A stretch of DNA of 64,000 bases from an uncultured Acidimicrobiales bacterium (lineage in GTDB: Bacteria > Actinomycetota > Acidimicrobiia > Acidimicrobiales > SHLQ01): NCBI GenBank assembly GCA_938041035.1, contig CALHYX010000029.1, positions 130,150 to 194,149 on the forward strand, read 5' to 3'. Each line of letters opens with the position of its first letter. Within the stretch, counting starts at the first letter, position 1. Below are positions 1 through 9,662 of this stretch, piece by piece. The notes under the pieces were generated by a model. It saw only the letters and a program-made list of their open reading frames with translations, made no database searches and had not been told where the DNA came from. The translations under genes were made by a program, and so were the position numbers.

Positions 1-1077
1 GTCCCGTTCTTCCTCGTCACCCTCGAGGACGCGTTCGCCACCTCGACCGCGGTCCTCGCCGCCATCATTGGTTTCGGGGAGATGGCGGGACTGAGCACGA
101 TCCTCGTCGGCAACCGACTGGACTCGGGCAACGAACACCGGGTCACCGTCGCCGCCCTGCTGGCCATATCGATTTCCGGGCTCATCGCGCTCCAGGGTTC
201 GGTCGTCTTCTTCGCCGCGTCGTTCGTGCTGTTGATGGTCGGCGCCGCCCACGTGAACGTCGGTATGCACTCCTGGATCAGCGCTCGGGTCGGCTTCGAC
301 CGGCGGGCACGCTTCATCGGTACCGTCGAGACCTCCTGGGCCTTCGGTCTGCTCGTCGGCGCGCCGGTGATGGCGTTGTTGATCGGCGGGTTCGGGTGGC
401 GGGGGCCGTTCGTCGGTGTTTCGATCGCCGCGCTGATCGCCGCCGTCGTCATCGCCACCATGACCGACTCGCCACCCGCGGAGCCGGCGGGCGTGGCACC
501 CGGCGCCGGCGTTCGTCTCACCGGGGATGCCTGGGTGGCCGTCGCCGCGTCCGCCGCGGTCGCCATGGCCGGGCTCACCACCATCGTGGTCGTCGGCACG
601 TGGCTCAACGACGAACTCGGCGTGTCGACCAGCGGCATCGGGTTGGTCGCCATGGCGTTCGGAACCGTCGAACTCATCTCCTCGTCGGCATCGGCGGCCT
701 TCGCCGATCGGCTGGGGAAGGGCCGATCGACCCGATTCTCCATCCTGGTCGTGGTGGGCGGTCTCGCCGTGATGGCGGCGGCGGGGTCGTCCCTGCTGGT
801 CGGGTCGCTGGGTCTGCTGATCTTCTTTCTGGGGTTCGAATACGGCATCGTGACATCGTTCTCCCTGGTGAGCGAGGCGATGCCGAGCGCTCGGGGCCGG
901 GCCATCGCCACCAACAGCGCCATCGGCACGTTGACCCGCGGCGCGGGCGCCGTGCTGGCCGGCGTGTTGTACGAGGCCTACGGCATCCACGGACCGGTCG
1001 CACTGTCCGCGGTCGCCGCCCTCGCCGCCGTCGGCCTGCTCACCGAGGTCGACCGCCGTCTTCTGTCGTCGATCTGA
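1..1077 (+). CDS. MFS-type transporter, 5'-truncated by window edge
   Basis: Frame 1 is open from nt 1 (VPFFLVTLEDAF...) into the 82..1077 ORF. The product is a multi-helix Gly/Ala/Leu-rich membrane protein with a basic loop, RVGFDRRARF. GC3 is high. The family call rests on topology and composition only. Confidence 0.7.
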   Translation, partial: VPFFLVTLEDAFATSTAVLAAIIGFGEMAGLSTILVGNRLDSGNEHRVTVAALLAISISGLIALQGSVVFFAASFVLLMVGAAHVNVGMHSWISARVGFDRRARFIGTVETSWAFGLLVGAPVMALLIGGFGWRGPFVGVSIAALIAAVVIATMTDSPPAEPAGVAPGAGVRLTGDAWVAVAASAAVAMAGLTTIVVVGTWLNDELGVSTSGIGLVAMAFGTVELISSSASAAFADRLGKGRSTRFSILVVVGGLAVMAAAGSSLLVGSLGLLIFFLGFEYGIVTSFSLVSEAMPSARGRAIATNSAIGTLTRGAGAVLAGVLYEAYGIHGPVALSAVAALAAVGLLTEVDRRLLSSI

Positions 1078-1174
1078 ACGTCGCCGGGCCCTGAAGACCC
1101 GCCGTAGCGCGTTTTGATCGCGTTCGACATAGGTCCAACGGCTTAATCCCGGCCGAAATCTCGCTATTTGCTAC

Positions 1175-2494
1175 ATGTCGGCGCATACGGGGCCGAATGT
1201 GGCTTCTATGGACCTCAATAACATCTTCATCCTCCTGTGCGCCGCACTGGTGTTCTTGATGCAGGCCGGCTTCTTGTGTTTCGAGGTGGGCATGGCCCGC
1301 CAGGAGCACACGACTGCTGTGGCTGTGAAGAACCTGGTGGACTGGGGCATAGCGTCACTCATCTTCTACCTCGTCGGCTTCGGCATGATGTTCGGCGGAT
1401 CGGTAGGCGGCATCGTCGGCACCGACGGCTTCCTCGGGGCCTTCGCCAACATGGAAAATGGAACGGAGCTCAACACGTTGATCTTCTTCATCTTCCAGCT
1501 GACCTTCGCCGGTACCGCCCTCACCATTGTCTCGGGTGCTCTCGTCGAGCGCATCACCATCGGTGCCTACATGGTCACCGCCGCCATTCTGGCGCTGGTG
1601 ATCTACCCGATGATGGGCCACTGGGCCTGGGGTGGCCTGCTCAAGGGCGAATCCGCCGGCTGGCTCGCCGAGCTCGGCTTCCATGACTTCGCCGGCGCCA
1701 CCGTGGTGCACAGCACGGGTGCCTGGATGGCGCTCGTCGGCGTGATCGTCGTCGGTCCTCGTCTCGGGCGCTACAGCGCCGACGGCGAACTCCGCGAGTT
1801 CAAGCGCTGGAGCCCGGCCTTCGCCATGCTCGGCGTGCTGATCCTCTGGGTCGGCTGGTGGGGCTTCAACGCCGGCTCCGTGCTGGCCGCCGACATCTCC
1901 GTCGCCGACGTGCTGGTGAACACCAACCTCGCCGGTGCGGCCGCCATGTTCTCCGGCTTCATCTACAACTGGTTCTTCCAGAACCGTGAGGATCTCGCCG
2001 TGAACCTCGCCGCCGCCGGCCTCGCCGGTCTGGTGGCGATCACCGCCTCGGCCGACGTCGCCCACCCGCTCGCCGCCATCGTCCTCGGCCTCGTCGCCGG
2101 TGTGCTCCACGATTACGTGTCGCACCTGGTGCTGCACCGCTTCAAGATCGATGACGCCCTCGGCATCTTCCCGGTACACGGCGCCGCCGGTGTCCTCGGC
2201 ACCCTGGCGGTTCCCTTCGTGGCCCGCTCCGGCTCGTTCGAAGACGGCCTGATCACCGTGTTCTCCGCCCAGCTGGTCGGCGTCCTCGTGTGCTTCACCT
2301 GGGTGGCCGGTAGCTCCTACCTGCTGTTCACCGGGCTGAAGGCCACCATCGGCCTCCGCGTGTCGCCGGACGAAGAGCGCACCGGCCGTTCGTGGGCCAA
2401 CCCGATCGGTATCGAGGAAGCTGAAGAACTCGCCGAAGAGCGGGCCAAAGAGCAGAGCATCCTCGAGCAGTTCGATCTCGAGGAGCTCCTGTGA
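1175..2494 (+). CDS. amt: ammonium transporter (Amt/MEP/Rh family) with acidic C-terminal extension
   Basis: 439 aa. Amt-typical stretches are present: AGFLCFEVGMAR, FHDFAGATVVHSTGAW, WWGFNAGS, FPVHGAAGVLGTL. There are about 11 TM helices and an acidic tail (EEAEELAEERAKEQSILEQFDLEELL). Confidence 0.95.
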   Translation: MSAHTGPNVASMDLNNIFILLCAALVFLMQAGFLCFEVGMARQEHTTAVAVKNLVDWGIASLIFYLVGFGMMFGGSVGGIVGTDGFLGAFANMENGTELNTLIFFIFQLTFAGTALTIVSGALVERITIGAYMVTAAILALVIYPMMGHWAWGGLLKGESAGWLAELGFHDFAGATVVHSTGAWMALVGVIVVGPRLGRYSADGELREFKRWSPAFAMLGVLILWVGWWGFNAGSVLAADISVADVLVNTNLAGAAAMFSGFIYNWFFQNREDLAVNLAAAGLAGLVAITASADVAHPLAAIVLGLVAGVLHDYVSHLVLHRFKIDDALGIFPVHGAAGVLGTLAVPFVARSGSFEDGLITVFSAQLVGVLVCFTWVAGSSYLLFTGLKATIGLRVSPDEERTGRSWANPIGIEEAEELAEERAKEQSILEQFDLEELL

Positions 2495-2697
2495 CCGATA
2501 TCGATCTCATTTACATCAAGAAAAGGCACGGCGCCTACTACACCGTTTCGGTGGAGGAGTGGGAGCGGCTTTCCAAGGAAGAGAAGAAGGAACTCATCAC
2601 CGAGGGCCGGGTCGAATTCGTCACCGACGACGGCGACTCCCTCGATGTGGTGAAGGCCCTGAAGCTCCTGCGTCACATGCGGGGCTACGCCGGCTAA
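2491..2697 (+). CDS. small hypothetical protein (68 aa), translationally coupled to amt
   Basis: The GTG start overlaps the amt stop (GTGA at 2491-2494). Third-codon positions are mostly G/C although the overall GC is lower than in neighbouring genes. The sequence is charged (EEWERLSKEEKKELITEG). I recognise no family. Confidence 0.6.
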   Translation: MTDIDLIYIKKRHGAYYTVSVEEWERLSKEEKKELITEGRVEFVTDDGDSLDVVKALKLLRHMRGYAG

Positions 2698-2719
2698 CGC
2701 CGATCCCTTCGCACCCGGT

Positions 2720-2740
2720 CCACCCGACCTGTCGGGGTGG
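2720..2740 (+). terminator. candidate stem-loop downstream of the amt operon
   Basis: ccacccgac-ctg-tcggggtgg: a 9-bp GC-rich stem with one bulged G, 23 nt after the stop at 2697. There is no U-tract. Confidence 0.3.
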
Positions 2741-2759
2741 GTGCAGTCGAACACTTCGG

Positions 2760-2794
2760 AACTGCGGTTCCCAGCGCTGCTGGGGGCCGCAGTT
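2760..2794 (+). terminator. candidate long hairpin terminator
   Basis: aactgcggttcccagc-gct-gctgggggccgcagtt: outer 8-bp and inner 6-bp stems with an internal mismatch, followed by tcgccgttttcgg (T-containing). Confidence 0.45.
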
Positions 2795-2910
2795 TCGCCG
2801 TTTTCGGCCCCGACCGCCCCGGACTGACGGAATGGGCTGACGGGACAGGGCTGACGGGACGGGCCGGGCCCGGGACCGGGATTGTCGGAGGGTCTGATTA
2901 GGTTCGCGGA

Positions 2911-5043
2911 ATGGTCTCTGCCGAGAACGCCGTCGAACCACCCCGCCCCTCGGTCGCCGAGGTGGGCGACGAGCTCGCCGCCCATGTGCGGGCGTTGGCC
3001 GGGCCCGACGCCGTACCTCGCCCCGAGCAGATCGCGGCGGTCGAAGCCGTCGTCGCCAACCGACAGCGCACGCTGCTCGTGGCCCGCACCGGCTTCGGGA
3101 AGTCGGCGGTGTACTTCTCGGCCACCCGGATGCTGCGCGATCGCGGCTGGGGGCCCACCGTGGTGGTCTCACCGCTTCTCGCTCTGATGCGCGACCAGGT
3201 CGCCGCCGCCGAACGCCTCGGCCTGGCGGCCGAGACGATCAACTCGTCGAATCTCGACCGCTGGGGCGAGATCGAAAGCCGGATCAACGCCGATGAGATC
3301 GACCTGTTGTTGATCTCGCCCGAACGCCTCGCCAACCAGGGATTCCGCGAGCGGGTGTTCGACGCTCTCATCGGGCAGGCGTTCGCCCTCGTATGCGACG
3401 AGGCCCATTGTATTTCGGACTGGGGCCACGATTTTCGGCCCGACTACCTGCGGCTGCGCGAGCTGATCGCCGGTCTGCCGGCCTGGACGCCGGTACTGGC
3501 CACCACCGCCACCGCAAACGCCCGGGTCACCGCCGACGTCGCCGCCCAACTCGGCGACGACACCCTGGTGCTGCGCACCAGCCTCGACCGGGCGTCCTTG
3601 CACCTGTCGGTGGTCGATCTCGCCACCGACGCCGAGCGCCTCGCCTGGCTGGCCGAGGCCCTTCCCGAGCTCGAGGGTTCGGGCATCATCTACTGCCTGA
3701 CGGTGGCTCAGGCCGAGGTCACCGCCGCCTGGCTGCGCGAACGCGGTTACCCGGTGGCGGCCTACACCGGCGCGACCGAGGCCGAACACCGACCGGCCCT
3801 CGAAGCCGGGCTCCGCGGCAACGAACTCAAGGCGCTCGTCGCCACCTCGGCCCTCGGCATGGGGTTCGACAAGGGCGACCTGGCGTTCTGTGTGCACCTC
3901 GGACTCCCGCCGTCGCCGGTGGCCTACTACCAGCAGGTGGGTCGGGCCGGGCGAGCCATCGACCGCGCCGCCGTGATCGCCGTGCCGCGCCCCGTCGAGG
4001 ACGCGGCGGTGTGGCGCTGGTTCGAACAGGTCAGCCTGCCCCCGGAGTCGACGTGTCGCGAGGTCCTCGACCAACTGCACGCGACCACACCGACATCGAT
4101 CGCGGTGCTCGAGACCTCGGTGAACCTCGGCCGAACCCGGCTCAACACCCTGCTCAGCATCCTCGACGTCGCCGGTGCGGTCGAGCGCACGAAGGGGGGC
4201 TGGATACTCGGCCGGCCGTGGAGTTACGACCACGACAAGGCCGAACGGCTGCGGGCACTGCGGCGGGTCGAGTCCGACGAGATGTTGGCCTTTGGCGCGC
4301 TCGACGGCTGCCGTCTGCGCTACCTACGCGAACGCCTCGACGACGCCGAGGCCGCCGACTGTGGTCGATGCGATCGCTGCCGGGGCGAGGTGGTGGAAAC
4401 CGTGCTGAACCCGGCCCTGGTGGCCGCCGCCCAGACGTTGTTGCGCGGCGAGGACGTGATCGTGGAACCGCGGCGCCAGTGGCCGACCGGCCTCGACGAA
4501 CCCAAAGGCAAGATCGGGCCGCCCGATCGGGCCGAGCCCGGGCGGGCGTTGTGTCGCCTCGGCGACGGCGGCTGGGATTCGGTCGTCACCGCGTTGATGG
4601 CGGCCGAGGAGGCGGGCGAAACCTCGTTGGAGCTGAGCGAGGAATTCCTCCGATCGATCGCCGGCGTCCTCAAACGCTGGCCCTGGGAGGCTCGCCCAAC
4701 CTGGATCTGCCCCGTCCCCAGCCGGCGGCGCCCGCTCCTGCTCGACCGGGTCTGCACCCACCTCGGGGCGCTCGGCAAACTGCCGGTTCACCCCGCACTC
4801 ACCCGCGTTGACGACGCCCGCGGCTGGCAGGCCGACCAGGCCAACAGCGCCCACCAGGTCGCCAACGTGTGGGGCGCGTTCGCCGTCGATGCCGCCGCCC
4901 TGCCCGCCCCGGCGCTCGCGAGCGGGCCCGTGCTGTTGATCGACGACGAGATCGACTCGCGGTGGACGATGACCGTGGCCGCGCATTTGCTGCGCGCCGC
5001 CGGAACGGGAGCGGTGCTGCCGTTTGCGTTGCGGACCCGTTGA
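2911..5043 (+). CDS. recQ: RecQ-family ATP-dependent DNA helicase with C-terminal ComF/GntX-like (degenerate phosphoribosyltransferase) domain
   Basis: Helicase motifs are ARTGFGKS (motif I), LVCDEAHCISDWGHDFRPDY (DEAH box) and YYQQVGRAGR (motif VI). A Zn cluster reads CGRCDRC. The C-terminal ~120 aa carries ComF-like blocks: ICPVPSRRRP, QANSAHQVANVWGAFAV, GPVLLIDDEIDSRWTMTVAAHLLRAAG. Confidence 0.9.
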   Translation: MVSAENAVEPPRPSVAEVGDELAAHVRALAGPDAVPRPEQIAAVEAVVANRQRTLLVARTGFGKSAVYFSATRMLRDRGWGPTVVVSPLLALMRDQVAAAERLGLAAETINSSNLDRWGEIESRINADEIDLLLISPERLANQGFRERVFDALIGQAFALVCDEAHCISDWGHDFRPDYLRLRELIAGLPAWTPVLATTATANARVTADVAAQLGDDTLVLRTSLDRASLHLSVVDLATDAERLAWLAEALPELEGSGIIYCLTVAQAEVTAAWLRERGYPVAAYTGATEAEHRPALEAGLRGNELKALVATSALGMGFDKGDLAFCVHLGLPPSPVAYYQQVGRAGRAIDRAAVIAVPRPVEDAAVWRWFEQVSLPPESTCREVLDQLHATTPTSIAVLETSVNLGRTRLNTLLSILDVAGAVERTKGGWILGRPWSYDHDKAERLRALRRVESDEMLAFGALDGCRLRYLRERLDDAEAADCGRCDRCRGEVVETVLNPALVAAAQTLLRGEDVIVEPRRQWPTGLDEPKGKIGPPDRAEPGRALCRLGDGGWDSVVTALMAAEEAGETSLELSEEFLRSIAGVLKRWPWEARPTWICPVPSRRRPLLLDRVCTHLGALGKLPVHPALTRVDDARGWQADQANSAHQVANVWGAFAVDAAALPAPALASGPVLLIDDEIDSRWTMTVAAHLLRAAGTGAVLPFALRTR

Positions 5044-5110
5044 ACATTTCGTTCGTTCGGTACGACCAGCGGTAGGGTCGCCACGCTCGCTACCCACGGT
5101 CGGAGGCTCG

Positions 5111-6754
5111 ATGCGACGAACATCGATGGGGCAGGAATCCCTGCCGGCGCTCGCCTTGTTGTCGGTCCTCGTGTTGGTCATGGCCGGCTGTTCGTCGAGC
5201 GGCGACTCGGCGAGCCCATCGACCTCGGCCACCGAATCCACACCGCCGTCGTCGCGCGCGGCGCCGACGACGACTCCCCCACCCCCGACGACCAGCGACC
5301 CGGAAACCGGTACAACCGCCCCGTCGAGCGACGGCGACCCGTTCACCCCGGCCACCCCCGAGGTGAGCGGCCCGATCGAAGCCGCCGGCCCCATCGTGCA
5401 ACCACAACCGGCCCTCGCCGCACCCGACGGCTTCGTCGAGGAGGAGTTCTTCATCGGGGGCGAGGCCACTCGCTTCGAGCTGGTCGGCGCCACCGAAACC
5501 GACGGTCGCTGGACCGCGGCACCAACCGAATCGGCGGCCTATCAGACCCGGGTCATCGTGCGTCGACCCCCCGCTGACCGCTTCACCGGCGTGGTGGTCG
5601 TCGAGTGGTTGAACGTGTCCGCCGGCGAGTCCGCCCCCGACTGGGCCTACGTCTCCGAGGAGATCGCCCGGGAGGGACACGCTTACGTGGCGGTGAGCGC
5701 CCAGGCGCTGGGCGTCGTCGGTGGCCAGGCGATCCTTTCGGTCGACGCCGACGACACCACCGGCACGGCTGCGCCGATCAACGATGGCGGGCTCGTCAAC
5801 CTCGATCCGGACCGCTACGGCACGCTCGACCACCCCGGCGACGCGTTTGCCTATGACCTCTTCACCCAGGTCGCCGTTGCGATTCGGACCGTCCCCGCGC
5901 TACTCGATGGCCTCGACGCGACCACGCTGGTCGCCATCGGCGAATCCCAGTCCGCCGGGTACCTCACGACCTACGTCAACGCCGTGCATCCGCTGAGCCG
6001 GGCGTACGACGCGTTCCTGGTGCACAGCCGCGGCGGAGGAGCGACCCCGATCGGCGGCCGGTTCGGCGAGGGGAATGACTTCGTGGACTCCGGCGTGACC
6101 GTGCGCGACGACCTGGACGAGCCGGTGTTCATCGTCGAGGCCGAGACCGACCTGACGTTGCTCGGCTATGCGAACGCCCGCCAGCCCGACACCGACACCA
6201 TCCGAACCTGGGAGGTCGCCGGCACCGCCCACGCCGATGCCCACACGTTCCGGGCAATCTTCGGCGGCCCCCGCGACGCCAGCCAGGGCTCGTTGATCGG
6301 GTGCCCCGGCCTGATCAACAGCGGACCGCACCACGAAGCCGTGCAGGCCGCCCTGCACCATCTGATCGACTGGGCCCGTGACGGCACCGCCCCGCCGGAA
6401 GCCGAACGACTTCAGCTCACCGACACCGATCCGGTTGCGATCGCCCGCGACGAGCGCGGCACCGCCCTGGGGGGAGTGCGCAACCCTCTCGTCGATGTCC
6501 CCGTGGTGATCACCACCGGTGACCCGGTGCGGTCCGCGCCCGAGATCGCGGCCGGATTCGAAGTGTGTGACCTGTTCGGTCAGACCCTCCCGCTCGACCA
6601 ACCGACCCTGGTCGAGCTGCACGGTTCGGCCGACGACTACGTCGCAGCGTTCACCGCCGCGACCACCGCCGCGGTGGAAGCGGGCTTCCTGCTGCCGGCC
6701 GATGCCGAGCAGCTCCTCGAGGAAGCCGAGCAGAATCGCGCCCTGTTCGGCTAA
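5111..6754 (+). CDS. secreted lipoprotein with Pro/Thr/Ser-rich linker and alpha/beta-hydrolase-like domain
   Basis: The ATG at 5111 is preceded by GGAGG. A lipobox is present (LVLVMAGCSS), followed by a PT-rich linker. The motif IGESQSAGYL resembles a nucleophile elbow. The track ORF starts earlier (5024) but overlaps the recQ end. Confidence 0.7.
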   Translation: MRRTSMGQESLPALALLSVLVLVMAGCSSSGDSASPSTSATESTPPSSRAAPTTTPPPPTTSDPETGTTAPSSDGDPFTPATPEVSGPIEAAGPIVQPQPALAAPDGFVEEEFFIGGEATRFELVGATETDGRWTAAPTESAAYQTRVIVRRPPADRFTGVVVVEWLNVSAGESAPDWAYVSEEIAREGHAYVAVSAQALGVVGGQAILSVDADDTTGTAAPINDGGLVNLDPDRYGTLDHPGDAFAYDLFTQVAVAIRTVPALLDGLDATTLVAIGESQSAGYLTTYVNAVHPLSRAYDAFLVHSRGGGATPIGGRFGEGNDFVDSGVTVRDDLDEPVFIVEAETDLTLLGYANARQPDTDTIRTWEVAGTAHADAHTFRAIFGGPRDASQGSLIGCPGLINSGPHHEAVQAALHHLIDWARDGTAPPEAERLQLTDTDPVAIARDERGTALGGVRNPLVDVPVVITTGDPVRSAPEIAAGFEVCDLFGQTLPLDQPTLVELHGSADDYVAAFTAATTAAVEAGFLLPADAEQLLEEAEQNRALFG

Positions 6755-7707
6755 CGGCCCGGAGGGACGACTTCGTAACCCGGCTCCTCCGGCTCGTCGT
6801 CGAGGATCTCGGCGGGAAACCCGGGGGCCAGAACCTCCAGGCCGGTGGACTCCTCGAGCCGCTTGATGATGTTGGGAGACCATTCCCGCGGACCGAAGCG
6901 GTCGGCTCCGTCGGCAAAGATGTCGATCAGCAGCGGACTGAGCTCGAGCTCGACGCCATGACGGTCGGCGATCGCCTGGAACAAGCCGATGTCCTTTTGG
7001 ACGAGATCCATCGTGAAGTTGATGTCTCGGGAACCGTTGAGGATGACCTGGCCCTCGGTTTCGTGCACGAACGAGTTGCCGCTCGAGATACGAATGGCCT
7101 CAAACGCGGTGTTGAGATCCATGCCGGCTGCAGCGGAGGTGATGAGCGCCTCGCAGACCGACACCAGGTTGGCCGTCGCCAGGTAGTTGGTGACCACCTT
7201 GAGGACCGATGCCGTGCCGAGCTCACCGGTGTGCAATACCCGTCGGCCGAGCACGGTGAGGGTGGGTAGGATCGCCTCGAAGGTGTCGCGATCACACCCG
7301 GCGAAGATGGCGATGTTGCCCGTCGCCGCTCGATGACAACCACCCGATACCGGGCAGTCGACCGGGCGGGCACCGATAGCGCGCACCTTTTCGCCCAGCC
7401 GAGTCACCTCGGCCTGATCGGTCGTCGACATCTCCATCCAGATCATGCCCGGACCCATGCCGGCCAGCACGCCATCGTCAGCCTCGAGCACGGCGGCGGA
7501 AGCGGCGGGTGACGGAAGACAGGTAATGACCACATCGACGGCCTCCGCCAGCGCCCTGGGCGAGTCCGCCCACGCCGCACCGGCATCGAGCAGGGGTTGC
7601 GCCGCGTTCCTGTCCAGGTCGCGCACGACGAGATCGATGCCGTTGCGCAGCAGCGAACCGGCGAGTTTGGCCCCAACGTTGCCGAGTCCAATGAATCCGA
7701 TCTTCAT
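6751..7707 (-). CDS. NAD(P)-dependent oxidoreductase, 3-hydroxyisobutyrate/6-phosphogluconate dehydrogenase-like
   Basis: MKIGFIGLGNVGAKLA is a Rossmann N-terminus. The start at 7707 is preceded by GAGGGGAA. There is an acidic C-terminal tail. The stop overlaps the convergent gene's stop (CTAA). Confidence 0.85.
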   Translation of the reverse strand: MKIGFIGLGNVGAKLAGSLLRNGIDLVVRDLDRNAAQPLLDAGAAWADSPRALAEAVDVVITCLPSPAASAAVLEADDGVLAGMGPGMIWMEMSTTDQAEVTRLGEKVRAIGARPVDCPVSGGCHRAATGNIAIFAGCDRDTFEAILPTLTVLGRRVLHTGELGTASVLKVVTNYLATANLVSVCEALITSAAAGMDLNTAFEAIRISSGNSFVHETEGQVILNGSRDINFTMDLVQKDIGLFQAIADRHGVELELSPLLIDIFADGADRFGPREWSPNIIKRLEESTGLEVLAPGFPAEILDDEPEEPGYEVVPPGR

Positions 7708-7839
7708 GGTCGTTCCCCTCACTTTTGCGGTGACCGGTGCCCGGGTCGGCCGGGCGACGGTTCGTGGCCGCCCCGAAACCTAGTCATCCCCGCCCCCGGG
7801 CTCGGGATTTGGGCGCGAGCGGTGGCATCATGGACGGCG

Positions 7840-8187
7840 ATGACGGCGACAGATCCTGCGATCACCAACGGTCCGGCAACCGAGCCGGACGCCCACGACG
7901 AGGCGGAGCGCACGTTCTCCCAGTCGATCCTGGTGAGCGCCGTCCGCTGCCTGCTGACGTACATCATCTTGCCGTTCGTCGCCCCCCTGGTGGGATTCGC
8001 GAGCGATGTCGGCCCGATCATCGGCGTCGTCCTGGGTTCGGTGGCCATCGCCGCCAACATCTTCAGTATTCGACGGTTCTGGGTGGCCGAACACAAGTGG
8101 CGCAAACCGGTCACGGTGCTGCACCTCGGCGTCATCGTGTTGTTGACGATCCTGATCGTGATCGACGTGGGCGACCTGCTGGGCTGA
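7840..8187 (+). CDS. small integral membrane protein (about 3 TM), unknown function
   Basis: The ATG at 7840 is in frame within the 7597..8187 ORF. Hydrophobic helices include LLTYIILPFVAPLVGF, IIGVVLGSVAIAANIF and VLHLGVIVLLTILIVI. GC3 is high. Confidence 0.55.
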   Translation: MTATDPAITNGPATEPDAHDEAERTFSQSILVSAVRCLLTYIILPFVAPLVGFASDVGPIIGVVLGSVAIAANIFSIRRFWVAEHKWRKPVTVLHLGVIVLLTILIVIDVGDLLG

Positions 8188-8230
8188 GCCGGTTCGTTGC
8201 GCACCCCGAGCCGGGTCTAGCGTCGCCCGG

Positions 8231-9631
<1,401 letters not shown>

Positions 9632-9662
9632 GGCTCGAGGTCGGCCCCCGCCGGGTGACCGG

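Noticed and set aside
1100-1174. Possible GlnR/AmtR-type nitrogen box upstream of amt (GTTCGAC...TCCAAC, TTAATCCCGGCCGAAATC).
   Set aside because: I could not align it to the gTnAc-n6-GaAAc pattern without shifting the register, so it is not supportable by eye.
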